From positions 64,001 to 128,000 of the IMG/VR virus record IMGVR_UViG_3300045988_122718: a stretch of DNA of 64,000 bases; one strand, 5' to 3'. A program made the position numbers and the translations under genes. This document shows positions 46,364 through 50,739 of this stretch, piece after piece. The stretch comes from a virus. The notes under the pieces are model-generated. The model did not search any database and had not been told where the DNA came from. It saw nothing but the letters and a program-made list of their open reading frames with translations. The stretch's first letter is position 1, and each line of letters starts with the position of its first letter.

Positions 46364-46454
46364 TGGCGCGATAGGAAGGCTTCGAACCTTCGCACGGCTT
46401 TCACCGCCTAGCAGATTAGCAATCTACCCTCTTCAACCACTTGAGTACTACCGC
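46364..46454 (-). tRNA. tRNA-Ser(GCU), class II
   Basis: GCGGTAG..GTAGA-TTGCTAA-TCTGC, a long variable arm, GAAGG-TTCGAAG-CCTTC-CTATCGC-G-CCA. Confidence 0.85.
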
Positions 46455-46457
46455 ATA

Positions 46458-46661
46458 TTAATCTAATGTTTTTCCAGTTGCTAATTCAAAAATTAAATTA
46501 TCAACACAAGGAATGTGCATTACCTCTCTCTCATATTGAGTACGATGTTCAATATCATTAATATAGATAGGACAATCTTTACATTCTACATTTTCACAAA
46601 AACGAACAGCTTTTTCTACTACTTTAGAATTCGCAAATTTTATATATTCTTCCCAACGCAT
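46458..46661 (-). CDS. hypothetical Cys-containing protein
   Basis: ORF with a GGAGG RBS (ATG at 46661) directly downstream of a pseudoknot motif. Confidence 0.5.
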   Translation of the reverse strand: MRWEEYIKFANSKVVEKAVRFCENVECKDCPIYINDIEHRTQYEREVMHIPCVDNLIFELATGKTLD

Positions 46662-46678
46662 AAAATCCTCCATAAAAC

Positions 46679-46709
46679 GAGCAGTTTATACAGTGATACT
46701 CAGCACTAT
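46679..46709 (-). ncRNA. H-type pseudoknot motif, copy 1
   Basis: In - sense: ATAGTG-CT-GAGTA-T-CACTGT-ATAAAC-TGCTC. Both stems pair, with G-U pairs valid only in - sense. Confidence 0.55.
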
Positions 46710-46762
46710 CCGTCTGGGTTCCAATATTAGAACCGTCCACAATTGAGTTTTGACCACCATAG

Positions 46763-46837
46763 TGGAGCTGATGGAGAATTTCGAAATCTCGACCTAGTGA
46801 TTACAAATCACTCGCTCTGCCTCTGAGCTACACCAGC
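46763..46837 (-). tRNA. tRNA-Thr(UGU)
   Basis: GCTGGTG..AGTGA-TTTGTAA-TCACT..T-arm GAGAT-TTCGAAA-TTCTC (one mismatch)-CATCAGC-T-CCA. Confidence 0.8.
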
Positions 46838-46891
46838 AGATCTCCTCGTCTTTCCGAGGTGTCAATCACACTTTTACATTAATAATCTTAA

Positions 46892-46920
46892 ATTATTCTT
46901 TAATAGGAAGATGACGTCAA
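46892..46920 (-). promoter_or_regulatory. candidate sigma-A promoter inside the tRNA island
   Basis: TTGACG (46915-46920), 17 nt spacer, AATAAT (46892-46897). It is enclosed by the inverted repeat AATCACAC/GTGTGATT. Confidence 0.4.
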
Positions 46921-46943
46921 TCTGTGTGATTACCTTTTATGTG

Positions 46944-47012
46944 AGGTCTTAATTGGAATCGAACCAACACCTGCCCTACCATAGGGCCGATCTACCATTG
47001 AACTATAAGACC
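46944..47012 (-). tRNA. aberrant tRNA-like gene (anticodon arm GCCCT-ATGGT-AGGGC, 5-nt loop); identity undetermined
   Basis: The acceptor (GGTCTTA/TAAGACC), D-arm and T-arm (GTTGG-TTCGATT-CCAAT) are canonical. The anticodon loop is 2 nt short. Confidence 0.45.
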
Positions 47013-47015
47013 TAT

Positions 47016-47092
47016 GGTGACGCTACCGGGGATCGAACCCGGACACTCCACGGTGAAAGCGTGGTAACTCTACCAATTCGTCCATAGCGCCA
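47016..47092 (-). tRNA. tRNA-Glu(UUC)
   Basis: GGCGCTA..CCACG-CTTTCAC-CGTGG..CCGGG-TTCGATC-CCCGG-TAGCGTC-A-CCA. Confidence 0.85.
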
Positions 47093-47099
47093 TATCTTT

Positions 47100-47130
47100 G
47101 GACAGTTTATACAGTGATGTCCAGCACTGT
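47100..47130 (-). ncRNA. H-type pseudoknot motif, copy 2
   Basis: In - sense: ACAGTG-CT-GGACA-T-CACTGT-ATAAAC-TGTCC. It ends 8 nt before the tRNA-Glu 5' end. Confidence 0.6.
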
Positions 47131-47142
47131 CACTTTTGGGAG

Positions 47143-47227
47143 TGGTAGCGGTGGTGGGCTACGATCCCACACGTCATAAGACATTGGTTTTTGAGACCAA
47201 CCTGTCTACCTGTTCCAGCACACCGCC
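47143..47227 (-). tRNA. tRNA-Leu(CAA), class II
   Basis: GGCGGTG..TTGGT-CTCAAAA-ACCAA, a long variable arm, GTGGG-ATCGTAG-CCCAC-CACCGCT-A-CCA. Confidence 0.8.
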
Positions 47228-47434
47228 ATATTAAGCACAACCTACACTGAGCTAGCCTCGCTCACACTTGCTTTCCCGAACACGTCCCACCCTCGGTTAT
47301 GCTTTGATATTGTTTATCCTATTTTCACAATAACATATGCCTCGTTCTCTTCTTGTTACTGTGGGTCAGTAACTTAGTAGCTTTTCTCTTGTGGATAGCA
47401 CTTATCAATACACCGAGAACCCCAATAGGCGGCA
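47228..47434 (-). ncRNA. unassigned structured non-coding block (207 nt)
   Basis: No ORF. Long-range pairs are GCCT...AGGC and GTTCTC...GAGAAC. Hairpins are GTTACTG-ACCCA-CAGTAAC and TGAGC-GAGGCTA-GCTCA. A D-arm-like TAGCTCAGTGTAGG lies at the 3' end. Confidence 0.3.
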
Positions 47435-47511
47435 TGGTTGCGTGAGGTTAGATTTGAACTAACGATCTTCAGCTTATGGGGCTGACGAGATGACCACTTC
47501 TCTACTCCGCA
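47435..47511 (-). tRNA. tRNA-Met/Ile2(CAU) with C33 and a bulged acceptor stem
   Basis: TGCGGAG-TA-GAGA-AGTGGTCA-TCTC-G-TCAGC-CCCATAA-GCTGA-AGATC-GTTAG-TTCAAAT-CTAAC-CTC(A)CGCA-A-CCA. Confidence 0.6.
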
Positions 47512-47515
47512 GTAT

Positions 47516-47546
47516 CTAGCAGACTATAATGCCGTCTGCTATGGCA
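47516..47546 (-). ncRNA. spacer pseudoknot between tRNA-Ile and tRNA-Met
   Basis: In - sense: ATGCC-A-TAGCAGAC-GGCAT-TATA-GTCTGCTA. It has two interleaved perfect stems. Confidence 0.45.
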
Positions 47547-47566
47547 TCAGAAAGAGGTGTTGCATG

Positions 47567-47719
47567 TGGTCCCCTACCGGTGGATTGAACACCGAACCTC
47601 CCGATTATTGGCCTCCTCAGTAAGTCCTGCCCTTACATCTCTAAATCCTGCTGTTTAGTAGTTCTACTATTAAACTATGAGGAGAAGTCGGGTGCTCTAG
47701 CCAGTTGAGCTAGCAGGGG
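47567..47719 (-). tRNA. tRNA-Ile(UAU) interrupted by a 76-nt tRNA-like element
   Basis: CCCCTGC-TA-GCTC..GAGC-A-CCCGA-CTT[76 nt]ATAA-TCGGG-AGGTT-CGGTG-TTCAATC-CACCG-GTAGGGG-A-CCA. The length is 77 nt after removal. Confidence 0.75.
47609..47684 (-). ncRNA. nested full-length tRNA-like element (intron candidate) in tRNA-Ile
   Basis: CTCCTCA-TA-GTT-TAATAGTAG-AAC-TA-CTAAA-CAGCAGGA-TTTAG-AGAT-GTAAG-GGCAGGA-CTTAC-TGAGGAG-G-CCA. It is cloverleaf-sized, with an 8-nt anticodon-like loop and a GGCAGGA T-loop. Confidence 0.65.
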
Positions 47720-48133
47720 ATATATAATCCGGCTTTTACGGTACGACCAGTAAGATGGACGCGCTTGAATTTCACAATTGCCTAGCGTTTCAGGTACTTT
47801 TTAGGAGTTTGGATGTAATACCTTATCCATTCACGCATAGTCCATTAGTACCATGGGCTATAGGACTCACTCCAAGTGGCCGGATTCAACTCCCCTGTAA
47901 ATTCAGGTCTTCCTATCCCCTACCCTTGAAGGATGTTTACCATACTTTTATACCGCTGGCACACATCAGGCGGCTGTGGTAATGATAGCAAGCGGAGCCG
48001 TGCATGACTCCATTTCATAGTGTTTCGTCAATTGCCTTCAGCTCATCCAAGTAATATCAACAGTTAGCAAATTCTGTCGAGAGCTTATTCTCATCGGTAA
48101 TCACTTATGAAATTTGCACTACTCACTATCATC
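47720..48133 (-). ncRNA. large unassigned structured non-coding block (414 nt)
   Basis: It is visibly GC-richer than the flanks, has no credible ORF or RBS, and lies between tRNA-Asn and tRNA-Ile. Its 3' ~55 nt are repeated at 48291-48345. Confidence 0.35.
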
Positions 48134-48210
48134 TGGCGGGAGTAGAAGGACTTGAACCTACGACATCTTGCTTAACAGGCAAGCGCTCTAACCAACTGAG
48201 CTATACTCCC
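48134..48210 (-). tRNA. tRNA-Asn(GUU)
   Basis: GGGAGTA..CTTGC-CTGTTAA-GCAAG..GTAGG-TTCAAGT-CCTTC-TACTCCC-G-CCA. Confidence 0.85.
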
Positions 48211-48213
48211 AAA

Positions 48214-48290
48214 TGGCGACCCATACCAGACTTGAACTGGTGTCCTCTTGCGTGACAGGCAAGCGTGATACTCTTCTTCACCAATGGGCC
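48214..48290 (-). tRNA. tRNA-Asp(GUC)
   Basis: GGCCCAT..CTTGC-CTGTCAC-GCAAG..ACCAG-TTCAAGT-CTGGT-ATGGGTC-G-CCA. Confidence 0.85.
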
Positions 48291-48408
48291 ATATTATGCC
48301 GGCTTTTACGGCATATTTAGCTAGAATATGCTTGAATTCCACAAAAGATGTTTTCTCTATATTAGACACAGTTATTCCCCGGTAGAAAATCTAACACCCG
48401 CTGCGTCT

Positions 48409-48493
48409 TGGTGGGCCAGGTTGGTGTCAATCCAACTACTCTCGAAGGAAACGGATTTACAATCCGCCGCGTTTGCCGATTCGCTACTGACCC
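48409..48493 (-). tRNA. tRNA-Tyr(GUA), class II
   Basis: GGGTCAG..GCGGA-TTGTAAA-TCCGT, a long variable arm, GTTGG-ATTGACA-CCAAC-CTGGCCC-A-CCA. Confidence 0.85.
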
Positions 48494-48550
48494 ATATAAC
48501 TATACTTTAGTATTTTGTTTTAATGTTTGAGAATTACTTGCCAAGGTCAA

Positions 48551-48683
48551 TGGTGCGGGTAGCGAGACTCGAACTCGCACGGATATTTCACCGAGGGATT
48601 TTTGGTGGATATTGTAGGTACTGCCCCTACCAAAGCACTTGCTATACCCAAGTCCCTTATGTCTGCCATTCCATCATACCCGC
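48551..48683 (-). tRNA. tRNA-Leu(UAA), class II, interrupted by a 47-nt tRNA-like minihelix
   Basis: GCGGGTA..A-AGGGA-CTT[47 nt]AAAA-TCCCT-CGGTGAAATATCCGT-GCGAG-TTCGAGT-CTCGC-TACCCGC-A-CCA. The length is 86 nt after removal. AAGGGA.UUAAAAUCCCUCGG matches bacterial tRNA-Leu(UAA). Confidence 0.8.
48603..48649 (-). ncRNA. nested tRNA-like minihelix (intron candidate) in tRNA-Leu
   Basis: GGGTATA-GCAAGTGCTTTG-GTAGG-GGCAGTA-CCTAC-AATATCC-A-CCA. Confidence 0.7.
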
Positions 48684-48691
48684 ATATCACA

Positions 48692-48721
48692 GGGCAGCTT
48701 TAAGGTGATGCCCAGCACCAT
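48692..48721 (-). ncRNA. H-type pseudoknot motif, copy 3
   Basis: In - sense: ATGGTG-CT-GGGCA-T-CACCTT-AAAGC-TGCCC. It ends 8 nt before the tRNA-Leu(UAA) 5' end and lies just after the stop of the TROVE-like gene. Confidence 0.55.
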
Positions 48722-48731
48722 ACTTAACTCC

Positions 48732-50285
48732 TTAAGAGTTCTTCAATGCGGCTTCCACCGCATCATATCTATCACTCATAAGCGTCTCAACTAGACACTC
48801 ATAAGGATCGGGTTTACCACTCATAACCATCTTGCAAACATTAGTGGAGAATCCGCTAACAAGAGCAACACCAAGGTCATTCTCCTTTACATGAATAGTT
48901 CCAGTGCGAGAATTTACATTCCAGAAGACTAGTCTAGGCATCTTATACCCAGCATACTCGAAACGCTTTTTGATCACATTAAAAAGTCTTGCATTAGGTC
49001 TATTAATACCATATCTAGCGGAACCATCACATGTTGCACAAGAGTCAAACTCCATGTCTGAAATAATGAGTACATTCTTAGGCATATCCTCTTGCTTCAT
49101 ACGACCATTTACCGCAGTAGTAAGAATCAAATCAAACACCTTTTCAATGTTTGTATTCGAACACTCGTCATGACCATACGCAACACATAACTTATCTCTC
49201 AGAGAATCGCACTGACTAAAATCAACCAACTGAGGTCTGCTAGAGAAAGTAATATATTTATCTTTAAAGTCTCCAGAAGAATGTTCTGCAAAGTAAATTG
49301 CAAGTGCATTTGCAACTTCAAGTGCAGTAACACGGCTACTTTCACCAACGTTACAACACATAGAAGCAGAACCATCTGCAACTACAATGGTGTTTCCACA
49401 CTCATTTACTGTATCAGGCAAAGCCCTCCAAAGAGATTCAAGAGTTGCATCATACTTGTTGACATAATTATTCCATCCAATTGTGTTAGAATACTTATGT
49501 ACAATGTCGTGAGGGAACAAAGTTCTAGCATTAATCTTAGTTTCACCATTTTCAAGCTTACTTAGATACTCTCTGCGACGCTCCTTATCATTACGAAGGA
49601 AAGCTCCGTTATAAATGAGATTTGCACGAGAAGGAACCGTTTCGTACTTAATGTCTCCCCATTTCTTTGCAGACATCTTACTTTCTACAATGTCAATGTA
49701 AGAACGCAGAGAAGAAAGAATCTTACGATACTTACGCTCTGTCATTCCAAGATTCTTGCAAATGTATCTTGCATCCATCTTAGTTTTTGCAGAAGAAGCA
49801 TTCACAGAAGGAAGCCACTTTGCAAGAAGAGATACGGGCTTATTATCAGCCATATTTGCAATGTCATCGGTGAGCTGCTTTTTGATGATGTCAAGAATAA
49901 CACCATCTACATCTGTTCCAAACAGACACCATAGGTCATCATAACGACCATACTCACTCACTAGAGGAGCAAGATGCTTAACAATGTCAACGTCATCCTT
50001 TACCATATTCTTAAGAATCACTCTGAACAAATGTCTCTCACCAAGACCACCATGAACATCTCTGGCGAAGAACAGCCAACGTAGAGCCATCATTTTATCT
50101 TCAAAATAAGCCTTAGTAAACTTATTATAGATATTCTCCTCACTCATACCACGCATAGAAGAAACTGCAAAGTTTAGGTCAACCAGTTCCTTACCAGAGG
50201 TACGATACCCAAGAGCGCCATTCTCAGTTACTGAATAGTTGAAATCCTCGTTCAGAGTATTCTTTACTGCATTCATAAAAGACAT
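48732..50285 (-). CDS. TROVE/DUF2828-like + vWA domain protein (Ro60-related candidate)
   Basis: The N-terminus VTENGALGYRTSGKELVDLNF...RWLFFARDVHGGLGER resembles DUF2828/TROVE. The C-terminal half has the vWA MIDAS motif VVADGSASM (D-x-S-x-S). A GGAGG RBS precedes the ATG at 50285. The size is Ro60-like. Confidence 0.6.
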   Translation of the reverse strand: MSFMNAVKNTLNEDFNYSVTENGALGYRTSGKELVDLNFAVSSMRGMSEENIYNKFTKAYFEDKMMALRWLFFARDVHGGLGERHLFRVILKNMVKDDVDIVKHLAPLVSEYGRYDDLWCLFGTDVDGVILDIIKKQLTDDIANMADNKPVSLLAKWLPSVNASSAKTKMDARYICKNLGMTERKYRKILSSLRSYIDIVESKMSAKKWGDIKYETVPSRANLIYNGAFLRNDKERRREYLSKLENGETKINARTLFPHDIVHKYSNTIGWNNYVNKYDATLESLWRALPDTVNECGNTIVVADGSASMCCNVGESSRVTALEVANALAIYFAEHSSGDFKDKYITFSSRPQLVDFSQCDSLRDKLCVAYGHDECSNTNIEKVFDLILTTAVNGRMKQEDMPKNVLIISDMEFDSCATCDGSARYGINRPNARLFNVIKKRFEYAGYKMPRLVFWNVNSRTGTIHVKENDLGVALVSGFSTNVCKMVMSGKPDPYECLVETLMSDRYDAVEAALKNS

Positions 50286-50530
50286 TTTCTTTCCTCCATT
50301 TTTTTGATTTATTTCTAAATCCCAAGACACATTATTATGTACAATCTCCACATTAAAAATTTGCTGTTAGTGTCTTTGGAGTTTATTCAACGAGACGCCA
50401 AAATAAAACCATTAGTAAAAATATCATTTTCATCTTTTTAAATTACTGTAAGCGTCTCTATGTAAGGCAAGGCACCATCAATACAAATCCATATCATATT
50501 ATGTAAAGTTGCTGTTAGTGCCTTTTTAAA

Positions 50531-50648
50531 GTCTCCTGACAGGACTTGAACCTGCGACCTCTGGTTTAACAGACCAATTAGAAACTTGCTATTTAAGGCT
50601 TTTACAAGTCTCGTTATTAAGCGCTCTATCCGACTGAGCTACAGGAGA
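50531..50648 (-). tRNA. tRNA-Asn(GUU) copy with a 44-nt insertion between the D-arm and anticodon stem
   Basis: TCTCCTG-TA-GCTC-AGTCGGATA-GAGC-G-[44 nt]-TTGGT-CTGTTAA-ACCAG-AGGTC-GCAGG-TTCAAGT-CCTGT-CAGGAGA-C. No CCA is encoded. Confidence 0.55.
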
Positions 50649-50657
50649 CATATTTAT

Positions 50658-50685
50658 GAGCAGTTTAACGAGGTGCTCGGCTCAC
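50658..50685 (-). ncRNA. H-type pseudoknot motif, copy 4 (in the 5' leader of the tRNA-Asn transcript)
   Basis: In - sense: AGTGAG-CC-GAGCA-C-CTCGTT-AAAC-TGCTC. Stem 2 uses two G-U pairs that are valid only in - sense. Confidence 0.5.
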
Positions 50686-50686
50686 T

Positions 50687-50731
50687 TTAATTTTGTACTG
50701 TGATTATACCACAGATTACTTATTTTGTCAA
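50687..50731 (-). promoter_or_regulatory. sigma-A promoter + leader box driving the tRNA-Asn copy
   Basis: TTGACA (50726-50731), 17 nt spacer, TGGTATAAT (-10 at 50703-50708), then ACAGTACAAAATTAA (50687-50701). Confidence 0.65.
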
Positions 50732-50739
50732 ATACTTTT

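Noticed and set aside
47720-48133. tmRNA, RNase P RNA or a group I intron in the 414-nt block
   Set aside because: I found no tRNA-like 5'/3' ends with a T-arm (tmRNA). I found no GAGGAAAGUCC-type P4 motif. I found no flanking split gene for an intron. An ACAGAAUUUGCUAAC string only loosely resembles the RNase P CR-V. A covariance-model search is needed.
45195-48649. Group I introns in the tRNA anticodon loops
   Set aside because: The inserts are 47-76 nt, far below the size of any group I core, and they lack P3-P8 elements.
44160-48708. Track ORFs overlapping the tRNA/ncRNA island (44160-44393, 45142-45390, 45387-45569, 45418-45606, 47755-47982, 48172-48369, 48328-48510, 48523-48708)
   Set aside because: They run through well-formed tRNA genes or structured RNA. 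They lack RBSs and have odd composition, so they are fortuitous.
46679-50685. preQ1-I (or SAM-II) riboswitch assignment for the pseudoknot family
   Set aside because: Only the topology and the A-rich linker resemble these classes. The loop equivalent to the ligand-contacting L2 is a single variable pyrimidine, and three copies precede tRNAs rather than regulated ORFs. I left it unassigned.
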